NCBI RefSeq assembly: GCF_009914755.1
Contig: NC_060939.1
Direction: 5' to 3' (one strand)
Source of the DNA: the human T2T-CHM13v2.0 reference genome, Homo sapiens
Length of the DNA stretch: 64,000 nucleotides
The position numbers and the translations under genes were made by a program. Of the stretch, positions 13,362 to 28,737 are shown one piece after another. Position 1 is the first letter of the stretch, and each line of letters opens with the position of its first letter. Under the pieces are notes generated by a model that made no database searches, was not told where the DNA came from, and worked only from the letters and a program-made list of their open reading frames with translations.

Positions 13362-14968
13362 TCAAAACTCAAAAGCTAAACTGAGTGAAGCCTCGCTTAA
13401 TTACAAATACAGAAGTAACAAATGGAGTAGAAGGTCAATAATACACCTGCGTATTTTATGATGGGGGAATCACCATTCAAGCATAACACAGTGGTTGTTT
13501 ATCATCACCATCATCAGGCCCAGCTAAAATGACTGAGCCCTGGAAGGGCTGTTCACATTCCTTCAGCTCAAAGGGAAGTTTCAAAATTTCAATTCCCAGG
13601 GCCAGTGATTCAAGTTATTTTTTAGAAAGAAACAGAGGCAATGAGGAAGTACATGAGATTAAGAATTTCTTCTGTGGAAGATAACAATTTAAAATAATAC
13701 TAGATCCTAGACAAAAAATGTCTACAGCTATCTGAATTTGAAAATATACACATTACCATTTTTTAGAAAAGGAGACTGAGGAATAACATAACATCTTATT
13801 CAAAAGCAGACTGCAAGGGGAAATGTCAGACCCCAATGCCTGGCACTTCCCTGGCGTCTCAGAGGATCCAATGCTCTGGGTGCCCTTGGCTGTCTCCTCC
13901 TCTGTGAGGGGCAACTGCCTCCTGATAGCAACCTCTGGAATGTCAACAAGCACCTCCCCAGAGCTGCTCCCAGATGGGCCACTGAGGAATTCGTCGTGAG
14001 CACAGCAGTCTGCTAGAGTTTCAGAATGTCTCACTAAAGCCATTTCCATAGACCTCTGTGTGTTCTAAACTCCTTTTATTGTTCAAGTATGGAATTTCTC
14101 TAATATAAACCTTTTTAGGAATTTATCTTCATTTCTCAGAAATGCACCATAGACCCCTTGTCGCTCCTTAGAAGCCAGCCTGGGAGGCTGTGACTCGGGC
14201 TTTGCTGGTTTGCTTAATGGTGGAGGGTGTTGTCCCCCTCCAGGTATCACCTGGTACTTAACTCTTTTAAAGATGCCCCTGGGGGCAGATGCCCAAGCCA
14301 GCACTCCTTAAGGAGAAGGCCAGGTAATAACGATCTGTCACAGGGAGATTCTGGTGTGGCTGCTTGGGAGAGAAAGTTCTCCGCAGAAAACAAGCAATTT
14401 TCTTTACTAGGTGTTACATTTTGACCTAGTTCCCAGAGAAGTATGCTATGTGAAAAGAGGTTTGCCTCTAGTACTAACCCTGTGCTGTTCCCAGACGGAA
14501 GCTATAATTATGTACACATATTTGAACGCCCTAACTAATTGACTCTTTCTTAAATAACTGCTGTGTGATGCAGTGGCACTGTCCTGTGGATACTACTTAA
14601 TGAGGCTGTTTACTCTTAAGTAGCTATGAGTTTACATGAGGCATGTCCCTTACACGTGAGCCTGACACACACTTGGCTAGAAGGACAGAAACTCCTCTTG
14701 GCCGATGCTGAGCAGAGGCATAGGGTGTGGGACAGGGGAGAAGGGGAACACTGGATTCCAATCCCCTCTCTGCCTCTTCCTGATGGCCTCTCCCTGAGCA
14801 AGTCATGTCTTTGCTTTCGGCCTTCTCATTTGTAGATTGGCAACAGTATTGTCTGTGTTATCAACGCCAAAAGAATAATGTACATGAAATTACGTAAGTG
14901 ATGACTTGGGACATAATCACCGTCATCTTCATCATCATTACTGGAGGGCTACATTAGGAACAGCCTTA

Positions 14969-15008
14969 CTAACCCTAACCCTAACCCTAACCCTAACCCT
15001 AACCCTAA
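14969..15008 (-). repeat. Interstitial telomeric sequence (TTAGGG)6+
   Basis: Perfect C(TAACCC)6TAA on the + strand. Confidence 0.97.
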
Positions 15009-16591
15009 GAGTTAAATAGGGGGCACTGGGCAGTGATTCCCAGTCCAAACATCATACTATTGGTCAGCTGGCCTGGGTTCCAGTCCCAGCACTGATCTCA
15101 CTGGTGGAGTGACCCCCAGAAATTAAAGTAACCTCTTTATGCCTTGATTCCTCCCCCTCCATTGAGGATAACAGTAGCATCATGTCACAGGGGTTCTGTG
15201 AGGATTTAAAGCTAATACACAAGTCTAGAACAGAATCTGACACATAAATGCCATATAATTATTTGCTATTATTTTTCTATATGTTATTCTGAATTCAACT
15301 GACACTTGCTTTTATTATAAGGCATGGATTATTTTCAGCAAGTTTTAAATTCTGAGACAAGAGCTTTGCCATTCAAAATCGTTCCTAAAAATTTCTTTTC
15401 TGTACTCATCTGTCATGTGCTTGGGATTTGAGAAGAAAAAAACATTTTTTTTTTTTGTTAGGAAAGTAAATCATTTGCCAAAATAAAGCAAGCCAATAAC
15501 CACTCTTCCTGGTTTCTCCCTTGTGAATTCAGACTTCACAAAGTGGGAATTTGAAAAAACTGGCAGCTTATTTCATTAAGCCTTTGTTGGGCAAAAAGAG
15601 CCCCAGACAAAGGGCAGTGGCAATGAAACCAGAGGACCCCAGGGAAGCCTTCCACAGAGACAGATCCTGTGCCTTGAACTTTCTGGGGCCTCCTGTTCTG
15701 GTCTACTTCCCCTCCACCCTGGGCCACTCTGTCCTGAGAGATCTGGAGAGTTGACCCTCTGGGGTTCTCCCGCCCAGGGCTTAACCCCCTCTCCCACAAT
15801 GAGACACTCTGGTGCCAACCAAGTCAGCTCTGGAGTTGAAGAGTAAACTCCTCCTAGAAAAGTCAGCCCTGCAGGTTGGAAAAAAATCACCTGGACAGTG
15901 TTCCTATCACCATCAGTAATAAGATGGAACTCCTCTGGGACTCCTTCCACATCACCTGCAGGTTTCTGTTCATCCCACTGCCAAGTTCCCTGGTTGCTTT
16001 CTTTGATTTGCAATAGGATCATCAAAAAGCCCCTAATGGAGAATTCAGCTCCCCGGAGAGTTCCATCTTCCACAGAAGGCACCTGCGGAGGGGCCTGGGT
16101 GGCCCTCAGCCGAGCCAGTGCACAGCATCCAGCACATCATTCATTCCCCAGGCCACATGAATGGTGCCCCTGGAGCTGCGCGATGAGGCGCTTCGGCCTT
16201 TGGGAGGACAGCAGCCGGCTGGGAGGATCCGTTCCTATTTTTAAAAACTTCTAGAAAGGAGATGTGGACTGTCAGCTCTAATGCTACTTCCTCTCCCTAA
16301 AGAGGCTCGGATGACCCTCCCTAGCTCTGTGCCTCCTACAACCCACTCCTCCAAATCAGCCACACGAAAGCTAGACCCAGGAAAGAGGGAAATAGAGGGG
16401 TGGGAGAGGGATGATAGGAAACAAGAAAAAAGCATTACACAAACGCAAGGGGTAGCAAATAGGAGGTGCAGGAGGGAGGAAGGAAGGCAGATCCAGTGGG
16501 AAAGGGCAGAGTTGTAGCCAGGGGTACCAGCTGGCCTGTCTTCCCCAGGCCAGCAGCCCTCAGTTCCACTGGGAACTCTAATGAAAGGTTA

Positions 16592-17015
<424 letters not shown>

Positions 17016-17340
17016 TCATGTTTTTCACTCTGTTTCCCTGGCCCTGCTCTGATGAATAAGGAAACAGCTCAAAGCTGGGAGTGAGAAGCAAAAGGGACAG
17101 CCAGGGAGGTGAGGGGTCCTGTTCTGGAGTCAGTGGGTAAAATCCGAGTGTCCGGTGAAGGTTAGGGGTCCTCTGGGCTAAGCTCTCTGACTGCAGAAGC
17201 CCAGCGCACCATGCCTGAGAGGTGTCTGTCTAACCAGTGCTTAACATTGCCAGTGACGAGGAGCTCACTGCCTCATGAGGCAGCCTAATCCATTTCTGTG
17301 CAGCTCAAATTATTAGAAATTTGTTCCTTATACTGTAAGC

Positions 17341-17487
17341 ATTTTTATTTTTTAACTTTTAAAATTTTTTGCAGAGACAGGGTCTTACTTCGTTGTCCAA
17401 GCTGGTCTCAAACTCCTGGCTTCAAACAATCCTTTTGCCTCAGCCTCCCAAAGTGCTGGATTACAAGCACGAGCCACACACCTGGCC
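17341..17487 (-). mobile_element. FLAM / Alu monomer
   Basis: Reverse-complement Alu left arm. Confidence 0.8.
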
Positions 17488-17733
17488 CTGTGCAGCCTTA
17501 TAATGTCCAGTTCTGGGCCTTAGCTCTGCCCTCTCAAGTTACCCAGAATAGGCATAAATGATTATTTCCTATGATAGTCTTTCAAATATCTTAATATGAT
17601 AAACATATTTTGTATGACTTCTAGAGCAGAGATTCTTTGTTCTTCTGTTTTTGAACCTTTATATGTAACTGGCAGTAATTCAAAGAAAAGGTTTAAACAG
17701 CCTGACCGAAGATGGCAGCTTGCTGGTCCTTAC

Positions 17734-17910
17734 CGATTCAGGAAAGCGTTTCCAAAGCGACTGAGCTTTCTAAACGGCTTTTTGGGGTCCACGACTAAAG
17801 CATTCCCTGGGGTGCTGCCCTCAGTCTCTCCATACATCACGGCGATGAAGGAGTCTGTGGTGGGCTCCGGACCAATCCTCATGCCTGGGAAATCCTGCTC
17901 CAGTAGGTAT
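17734..17910 (-). CDS. EHD4: EHD4 coding exon 2 (177 nt)
   Basis: Acceptor CCCAG|A and donor CG|GTAAGG. Translates (R)YLLEQDFPGMRIGPEPTTDSFIAVMYGETEGSTPGNALVVDPKKPFRKLSRFGNAFLN(R), with switch I and the KPF loop. Phase 2-2. Not in the ORF track. Confidence 0.97.
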
Positions 17911-18574
17911 CTGGGAGAGGGAAGAAGAAGAGAAAGCTTAGCATCTTATCACAAAGTAAGAGGCCAGAAAGCTGCCTGGGATTACCAATTTTTTTACATA
18001 ATCATTTAAAAACGTAGAAACATAACCCCCAAGAAAAGCACGCAATCCTCCTCTGCATTTCTGTTGATGCAACAGACGCTACCCCAAGGGAAGTGTACCG
18101 TGCTGGCTCCTGGGCATCCTGGAAGCTCTGCTCAGGCTCAGCTCCCTTAGGGGAGCCTCCCTGACCTGCATGTGGGGACACCTCTTTTGTGGTCCCTGGG
18201 CACCCTGTGCCTGCTGCCAGCGTGGTGCTCAGCATGTGTACTACAATTACTTGTTTATGGGCCCTGCAAGGTGTCTGAGCTGATGAGGGCAGACTCATGT
18301 CCCAACCATGCCAGGAGGATGATCTTCGTCTTATAAGCCTTGAAGGGGCTCAAGGGAAAAAACCTGCACAGCCTTCTGCAGCTCCCCATTCCTGCAACTA
18401 ACAATCTATTTGGTCCTAAACTACTTCTTTGTTTCTAAAAAGTTTTGACTGATTCTAATGTAAGCCCACAATCTGTGACTATTTCCAGGGAAAGAGAGAA
18501 AGTGCTGAATTCTATCAAATGCCAAATACAATTTTTCCATCTTTAAAAGAATGAGAAATTAAGCCACCATTTAG

Positions 18575-18915
<341 letters not shown>

Positions 18916-21019
18916 TAGCAACCTTAACGGGCTATATTCTAAACCTTTAATTGATGTCATTGCTAGTTTTCACTTCATCCAAAGTTTCTACGTTTCTGTG
19001 AAGTTGTGGCACCCCAGAATAGATACACCATTAAAATATGTCTCCTAAATTTACAGTAAATCTGATGATATCTTTTATCTCTAAATTTAGAGAAAAAAAT
19101 CTGCTAATAGCACACGGCATTTACTGAGTGCTTGCTATATTCCTGATATGGCGCTGAGCCTTCTATATTGTTTCACCTCATGCTCTGAGGTGGATGATGA
19201 CATTACCCTCGTTTTATTTACAGGTGGGAAAACTGGGGCATCAGAGAGGCCAAGCGGCTTGCCCAAGGTCACACAGCGGATGTTCGAGTGGAAATGGAAT
19301 GCAAGCATTCAGACTCCAGAACTTGCACTGTCTTCAGAAATGGCCTCAAGTTAGTGGTTTGCTCAGGGGTGAAGAGCAAAGCAAAGTTCAGGGCCTCATC
19401 CCAGGGTGTGTCACTTGGCATGAGGGACGAGGACCCCCATTTCCTCTCAGCTGAGGGGAAGAGCTCTCCACAATGTCCCCCTGCACGGTCCTCTGGCTAC
19501 CCTGACAACAAGGGCCAGCTCTCCCTACTCTCCCTGGAGTAAAGCTGGGCTCAGGAGGTGCTACCGTTTCAAAATGTGTTCAGCTTTAATTTTTAAAATA
19601 TCTTCAAGAGTTTCTCCATCAAAACCTCTGTATCCCTAATAGCCTAGAAATGTTCGTGTTGATCAATTCTTACACATTCCACACAAATCTGAGAAATGCT
19701 GGTAAAAGTTACTGTGAGGGATGCCCACTCTGTGAAACTCCAGCCTCTATGGAGTGGATGCAGAGCGTGTGGACTCCATATACCCATGGGAATGTGGAAT
19801 TTAGGTTTTACAGCCCCTCTGGGATCTCAAGGGTGAAGACATTCAGCAGCGAGGCTGGAATTCAAAGCCAGATCACACTCTTGCCTCCACTCACGTCCAG
19901 TTTGATTTTTACGCCCTGTGGCCTGGATGGGGCTATGTCTGGAGGCTGGTATGACTGAGGGAGGAGAGACTGCTGGGGAGGGAGGGGCTTGGGAGAACAG
20001 CAGCCAGTGTCGCCCAGCTCCCCGCAGCACACACAGTTCGCAATTCACGAAAATGTGAGGTGCGGGAGTGGGTTTGAAGCTTGACAGGCACTTTGCTCCA
20101 GAATCAGTGCTAATAGCAACGGTGGGCTGGCCAAGACGGCCTACAAAAGGTCACACACACTGATTAAAGGGATGAACCAGACGAGAACTGCAGCGTGTGC
20201 TTTTTGGGGAAGAGCTCGGTGTGGAGCTCCACCTTGGGTGGCTCGCGGCAACACGGCCCCTTCTCGGCACCTTCACCAAGCCTGGCCAGGAGGAGGCCCT
20301 TCAGATTCCGGGCCAGGGAGGTGAGCATACGGATATCGTAGTTAAGCAGTGAGTCCCCCAGCTGGACAATCACTCACACAGCACAGGTGTTGAAGTCAGA
20401 CATCACTGTCGAGGAGTGCCTGAATTACTTTCTGATGTTTCATTCCTGTACAAGTACAGCAAATCCCACTACTTTTGAAATAACAGGGGTTTCAAGGAAA
20501 AATATAAATGAAAAAATTGTTTAAAGAAGAGCAGATGTTTCCTACATTCAAGTTTATATTGCAATCGAAGCCAGAGTTTTCTAAGTAGCGACCCTACTGG
20601 ACAGACCTTTAACAATAAATCATTTTTAAAGTGTGCTTCAAGTGTGAAATAATTTGAAGTCAAAGGTGTCCCCCTTTGACTGTGACCTTGGTAAATCAAT
20701 CTCTGGATCTCAGACACAGAGGAAGAACTAGAATTAGGAAGAATTACTGTATTATAAAGCTTGCTTGCATTATCAATTTGTTTGGTGATACTTTCACAGA
20801 TAATACAAAGTTAACATTCAGTGTTCAATTTCACCATCAAAGAAATACCAGTAAAGACAGAGCACATTAACAAATTTTTGAAAACTCGGAATCATCAATG
20901 CTGGCAAGGGTCCTGTGAGATAAACACCCTTATATATGTTGGTGGGGGAATAAGTTGGTCTAACTTCACTAAAAAGCAATTTGACACCATGTGTTAGAAG
21001 CCTTTAAAATGGGGGTCTT

Positions 21020-21322
21020 GCTGGGAGCGGTGGCTCGTGCCTGTAATTCCAGCATTTTGGGAGGCCGCAGTGGGAGGATCGCTTGGCCTAGGAGTTCGAG
21101 ACTAGCCTGGGCAACATGGAGAAACCCCGTCTCTACAAAACATACAAAAATTAGCCAGGTGTGGTGGCGTGCATCTGTAGTCCCAGCTACTTAAGAGGCT
21201 GGGGTGGGATGGTCGCTTGAGCCCAGGGAGGTTGAAGCTGCAGTGAGCTGTGACCATGTCACTGCACTCCAGCCTAGGTGACAGAGTGAGACCCTGTCTC
21301 TAAATAAATAAAGAAAAAATAA
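21020..21322 (+). mobile_element. AluJ-type element
   Basis: Dimer with A-rich tail. Confidence 0.9.
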
Positions 21323-22709
21323 ACTCAAATGGGGATTTTGCGGAGTTGACCTCTAACAGCTCGTGCTGGTGTTATTTGAGGGCCTGTTTCCTCTCCTCTC
21401 TTGGGCTGTCATTTCCTGCAGGGCATGGTCTATATACTCAGTACTTTAGAAACCTGGAGTCTGGTAGGAATGATTTGAGTCAGCCTCTTATCTTTACAAG
21501 CGACAAGACTGAGGGTTAGTGCAGGAACATGGCTTGTTGCTGGTCAAACTCACAGGGTGGCCATGCAGGATCCAGAACCTGCAGCCCCTTTCTCCTGGCC
21601 CCAGACTTCTGCTCTTACACCAGGCACAGCACCATCACCCTGGGGTCCTACACTGCCCCCAGCTCCCTGGTGCTCTAAGCAGGACCTGGCAGATCCCTGA
21701 CTTTACATATGACACTCTAAGCTGATTGCCCTGAAGAAGATTTTTCACTGGGGGACTGCAGAAACTCAGATTCATCTGTTACACTGCTGGGTAAACAGGT
21801 ACATGTCAGTGCAGTGAGGGAACTCGGAACAACCAAGACACCAAGTATCTGACATGGAAAAAGGGAGAATGAAGTGATGGATCCACACACAGCAAGCTGG
21901 AAGGGAAGAGTCTGAGCTGATGCTGAGGTGCAATGTGCATAAATGGGTCAATCACACAGCCACACGGGATAGACAGCCTGATCAACTGTGTTAGACATTT
22001 CTCACGGTGGGAGTGCCTCAGAGGCTTTCCCAAAGCTACGAGTTTCAGGGACTCTAGTATTATCTGCAATAACAACAATTCAAAGGAACAAGAGGACACA
22101 GGAAGACCACCGTGATTCAGAGCTGATTAGCCCCTCCACAGGCATCCTGTGCTTTGGAGACTTGATTTTTGTCCTTGGCTCCACTTTGCTCCCCCTTTCC
22201 TGTGTTCTCGGAGAGGCCTGCCAATTCCAGCAATGATTGCTCCAAGGTTCTCGAGCCAAGCCAGCCACATAAAAAGGTATGGACATTTGGATTCCAAGCA
22301 GCTGGGCGGAAGGGATGGTGGGGTGGATGGGAGACCTGACATCCCCTTGTCCTGGTCCGATGAGGTCCCCAGTTCAGACTCATCCAAGTGGCTCTGGGGT
22401 ACCCCGGTTGCCAGCATTCAGCCCAAGCTCACAGAGCTACTTTGATGCAAGAGTATATATGGATGGTGTCTTCTTTTTTTCATTGCTTAGGCTAGAATTT
22501 TTTTTTTCACTTCATAGAAGTGAATGTCATTTATGACAAGGGGAAGAAAAAAAACTCTCAAGATATTGAAAACAGAGATACTCTCAATATGTCCAAGCAC
22601 CATCTTCTCAACGATGAGCTTAAGAATGAATAAAAACCAAACAAATCTAAGTGGCACATTATTCAAACAAATGCTGGAGTAGTGGGCAAAGCATTACACT
22701 TTAAATAAA

Positions 22710-22860
22710 TATACCTAACGCTTGAGGACTCGTTATGTGCTAAAGTCTTTACATGAATAGTCTCATTTCATCCTAACTACCTTATGGGCAGGTACTATTT
22801 CTATCCCTATTTTACAGATGAGGAAACTAAGGCTCAAATGGGTTAAGCGGTTTATTAAGA
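22710..22860. mobile_element. MIR element (similar fragments near 270-430, 7430-7600, 10880-11130, 19110-19320, 49050-49220, 57170-57380)
   Basis: MIR core TTTTACAGATGAGGAAACTAAGGCTCA. Confidence 0.7.
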
Positions 22861-23080
22861 TGAAGGATTTCTTACTAGTCTTATGAGGACACCACCCACC
22901 CTAAATCAGAGCCTGAGAGGCCGACGGGTTCCACTGGGAATGTTTACAGGAACGTGTCCTGTGAATCATAACAAATACACAAATGTAAGATTTTAAAAAT
23001 AATACGGCACATATATTTTGAGTGTTGTATGAGCATTATTTTTAAATTATCAAGCCAAATCTAAAGAAATGGTTTGTGTG

Positions 23081-23472
<392 letters not shown>

Positions 23473-23654
23473 TCAATTCATTGCTATTGCCTGAAACATT
23501 TTTAAAATAAGTTTTGGAAAGTTTCATGTAATATATTTTTCTTCAGAATACTTACTTGATCCACTATTTCACTAGGAGAGGGATGAAAAGGAAGAGTTAC
23601 TACTTCTACTCTGATTTGATTTGAGCCTGGAAAGATGTTTTAAGAGCAGTTTCT

Positions 23655-23948
<294 letters not shown>

Positions 23949-24622
23949 GCAGTTTCTATTGTTTAATCTATCCTTGTGTTTCACACCAGGAAAAGTAAGT
24001 GGGAGAATCAAGCATTTATTACTTCCAAAGTCTTACAAGATAGGCCAAGATATATAAATATTTCCTAGCAAAACAGTATGACCTGCACTATCACTGCTTC
24101 TAGATACTAACAAATGACAGGTTACTCTGAAGCCGTACTGTACAGTTTATAATGCATTTCACACATTCAGCTTATTTCATCCTCACTGCCATGGGAGCAG
24201 GTATTTTTATTCCTAGTTTATAGAGGAGAAAACTGCTTATGCCAAGTTAAATAGCTTACAGGAGACCACATTAATACTGGGTAATGACTACTTTTAACAT
24301 TTTGATGTATTTCCATCCCATCATTTTTCAGTAAATGTAATTTTCCTTTATAAAATTGAGATAAAAGTTAAACAATTTTGCATCTTGATTTTTCACCATT
24401 AGTCTTTCCTCATACCATTAAAAATTCTTTGAAAACATGATTTTTAATGGCTGCATACTATTCTAAGTTGAATATGTATCAATTTATTTTGTCATTTCCT
24501 GTTAGGCATTTAAATAGCTTTCTATTTTTTGCTGTTATAAATAATGCTGAGATAAACATCCCTGAACAAACATCTCATCTACTTAAAAAAGTCTCCTTTG
24601 AATTACTGAAAAACTAAGTTAG

Positions 24623-24940
<318 letters not shown>

Positions 24941-26610
24941 TCACTTACATTTTAAATGTGAAAACTAAGTTTTATTTTCATTTTTCCTTTAGTTAAATCA
25001 TTGACATGTTATCACCAGGACTGTTTGTTCAGATGATGTCACCTTTGAAACTGCTGTGCCTACTAAGGGAATGGACATTAGGTCATTGAACCAATAAACT
25101 GGAATTTGCTGGGTAAAACTTTTCGTATCTCAGGCTATTTTTCCAGCTATGGATGGGATTTATACTCCTCAGGGCTGAGATGTGCTTGAAAGCACACTGC
25201 TGTCTACCCACTGCCATTACCTGTAAGTTGCTCCACTCCACCTTCCATGCTGTTTTGGGAGGAGGGTGAAAGAAAGGGAGGGGAATTTCACTAGAATCAA
25301 ATCAGTTTCTTACAGTTCTATTTGTTCTTCCAGTCTTTCAGTCATGCAATGACTATTTATTGAGTGTTTTTGATGTTGTAACTTGTAATTTAGGAGTATG
25401 ACAACAGACTTTAGGTTGTAAACTCTTTGATCTGGGAGTACTGTAAATCGTCATGAGGAGGTTATGGAACACAGCATATCCCAAAGTTACTTGACTATGG
25501 AACCCTTTTATTTTCTTTGAACACTTACGAATGATCTCCCACAACTGCATTCCACAGAACATAGGTTAAAGGAAAAGGCTAAAAGGCATCTAACAAACTC
25601 CATATCCATTTTGTTTTTTTCTCCAAATAGAATCATTTAAATGAAATCCTTTTAAAACTAGTAATAGATAATTTCTTAATGCAATTAATTTATAGATAAG
25701 AAGCCACCAGCTGACATAATCTCTTAAGGTGAAATAACATAGGCAATACCATTAAGATTAGAAGCTTGATATGAATGCCTACTTCCTGGTATTATGAAAT
25801 ATGGAACAGAAGGGGAGACAAAGTAATCATGAAGGTAATTGATACAGTTATCTATCTAGAAAACCTAAGAGAATCTACTGACAAGCTGTCAGAATAACTT
25901 CTTGAGTCAAATGACCAGATATAAAACAAAAATGTACAACTCAGTAGCTTCCTTACATATCAGCAATACCCTGCCAAAAAAAATAAGAGAAATAAAAAGC
26001 CCATTCATAAGAGCAACAGGGCATAAAATACCTAATACATTAATAAGAGCTCCATAGGACCTGTATGAGTAAATCAATCACTTTTCCAAGAAGGTCTGCG
26101 TTAAAGCAATGGTGAGCTGCTGCTTGGGAAGAGCAAATACAAAAATGTAACTTAGAGACAGAATGCAGTTCCAGGACAAATGGATCCCAGTGGGATTTTT
26201 TTTTGTTTGTTTTGAAGAACCTAACTAAGAAAGTTCTTCTCAAAGAATGACAGAAAATGAGAATTGATAGCATTTGAAAAATAAAGAGTAATGCACGCAG
26301 AAGAGTCTTGAGCTAAAATTATTAAAAAGTATTTCAAAGTGACAATATTTAAGATGGTATGGTGTTGGCATAAGAATTTACAAACAGAATAACACGAGAC
26401 AAAGGTCCTAACAGACTCAATATAGTATTTAATAACTTAGCGTATGAGGAAGCCTCATGTGACAGCAGAAAAAGGTAGATTTAATAATAGTGTTAGAAAA
26501 TGACAAAAGACAAAAAAAAAAAAACCCACAACAATATAATTGAGACAGATTTTACTTCCAGGTGGGTTAAAAAGTTAAATATTTAAAAAGTAATCCTATT
26601 TTAAAAAGAG

Positions 26611-27284
26611 CGCCCGGCCAGCCGCCCCGTCCGGGAGGGAGGCGGGGGGCAGCCCCCACCCGGCCGCCGCCCCGTCTGGGAGGTGGGGGGCGCCTCTGCC
26701 CAGCCACCCTGTCTGGGAAGTGAGGAGCCCCTCTGCCCGGCCGCCACCCTGTCTGGGAGGTGTACCCAACAGCTCATTGAGAACGGGCCATGATGAGGAT
26801 GGCGGTTTTGTCGAATAGAAAAGGGGGAAATGTGGGGAAAAGAAAGAGAGATCAGATTGTTACTGTGTCTGTGTAGAAAGAAGTAGACATAGGAGACTGC
26901 ATTTTGTTCTGTACTAAGAAAAATTCTTCTGCCTTGGGATGCTGTTAATCTATGACTTTACCCCCAACCCCGTGCTCTCTGAAACATGTGCTGTGTCCAC
27001 TCAGGGTTAAATGGATTAAGGGCAGTGCAAGATGTGCTTTGTTAAACAGATGCCTGAAGGCAGCATACTCCTTAAGAGTCATCACCACTCCCTAATCTCA
27101 AGTACCCAGGGACACAAACACTGCGGAAGGCCGCAGGGTCCTCTGCCTAGGAAAACCAGAGACCCTTGTTCACATGTTTATCTGCTGACCTTCCCTCCAC
27201 TATTGTCCTATGACCCTGCCAAATCCCCCCCTCGGAAAAACACCCAAGAATGATCAATAAATACTAAAAAAAAAAAAAAAAAAA
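26611..27284 (+). mobile_element. 5'-truncated SVA (partial VNTR + SINE-R + polyA), probably an older subfamily
   Basis: GC-rich VNTR units (GCCGCCCCGTCCGGGAGG), HERV-K-derived SINE-R, AATAAATACT-poly(A), TSD AAAAAGAG at a TTTT/AAAA site. Confidence 0.95.
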
Positions 27285-27286
27285 GA

Positions 27287-27586
27287 GGCAGGGCACGGTG
27301 GCTCACGCCTGTAATCCCAGCCCTTTGGGAGGCCGAGACAGGCAGATCACTTGAGGTCAGGTGTTCGAGACCAGCCTGGTTAACATGGCAAAACCTTGTC
27401 TCTACTAAAAAATACAAAAATTAGCCAGGCATGGTGGCCCATGCCTGTAATCCCAGCTACTTGGGAGGTTGAGGCACAAGAACCGCTTGAACTGGAAGGT
27501 GGAGGTTGCAGTGAGCCGAGAACGTGCTACTGCACTCCAGTGTGGGTGGACAGAGTGAGAGTCTGTTTCAAAAAAAAAAAAAAAAA
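27287..27586 (+). mobile_element. AluS-type element abutting the SVA
   Basis: Full dimer with poly(A). Confidence 0.92.
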
Positions 27587-27833
27587 GAATATGAGTGAAC
27601 ATTTCCTGAGTCTTAAGATAAACAAGGATTTTCTAACCAAAAAATAAAAGATATTATAAAAAAGGAAAAATTGTTAGATTTGATCACAAATATTAAATAT
27701 ATCTGCATGGAAAAACTATTACAAAAATTACAAGGCAAATTTCAAACTGGAAAAACACTTTTACAACTGTGACAAAGGATTGATATCTGTTACTGAGAAA
27801 AACATTTACATTTATTTATAAGAACAAGACCAG

Positions 27834-28177
<344 letters not shown>

Positions 28178-28281
28178 TCACAGACAATTCAGACAATTCA
28201 CAAAGTAATATGGAAGACAACTATATTTTATAAGTTCAACGTCACTAGTAAGAAATAAACAAATTAAAATAAGTCTGTTCT

Positions 28282-28578
28282 GGCTGAGTGCCCCATGGCT
28301 CACGCCTATAATCCCAGCACTTTGGACTTTGGGAGGCCAAGGCGTGAGGATCGCTTGAGCTCAGGAGTTTGAGACCAGCCTAGACAGCACAGCGAGATCC
28401 CAACTCTACAAAAAATGAATAAATTGGCTGGGTGTGGTGGTGCAATGTACCTGTAGTCCCAGCTACTCCAGAGGCTGAGGTGGGAGGATTGCTTGAGCCC
28501 AGGAGTTTGAGGCTGCAGTGAGCTATGATGGCATCACTGTACTCCAGCCTGGGCAACAGAGCAAGACCCTATCTAAAA
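28282..28578 (+). mobile_element. AluJ-type element
   Basis: Diverged dimer. Confidence 0.88.
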
Positions 28579-28737
28579 CACTTTTTTTTCCTATCAAATT
28601 AATTTTAATTAGTTTTACTGGCAGTTTGGTGAATTACTGATCCTCATATTTCTGGTGGGAGTCTAATTTGGAATAACTGTCCTAAAAAAGAAAGATAGAT
28701 ACATAGATTTAGGAATATATATAAGCCTGAAAAAAAA

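Noticed and set aside
15014-15030. CTCF-like TAGGGGGCACT next to the telomeric array
   Set aside because: Only the right half of the motif matches; not supportable without PWM scoring or ChIP data.
15576-16082. 168-aa minus-strand ORF in EHD4 intron 2
   Set aside because: No family resemblance, and EHD4 exons 2 and 3 join in frame without it.
27032-27253. 73-aa ORF (MCFVKQMPEGS...)
   Set aside because: It is the SVA SINE-R read in frame, a well-known spurious translation.
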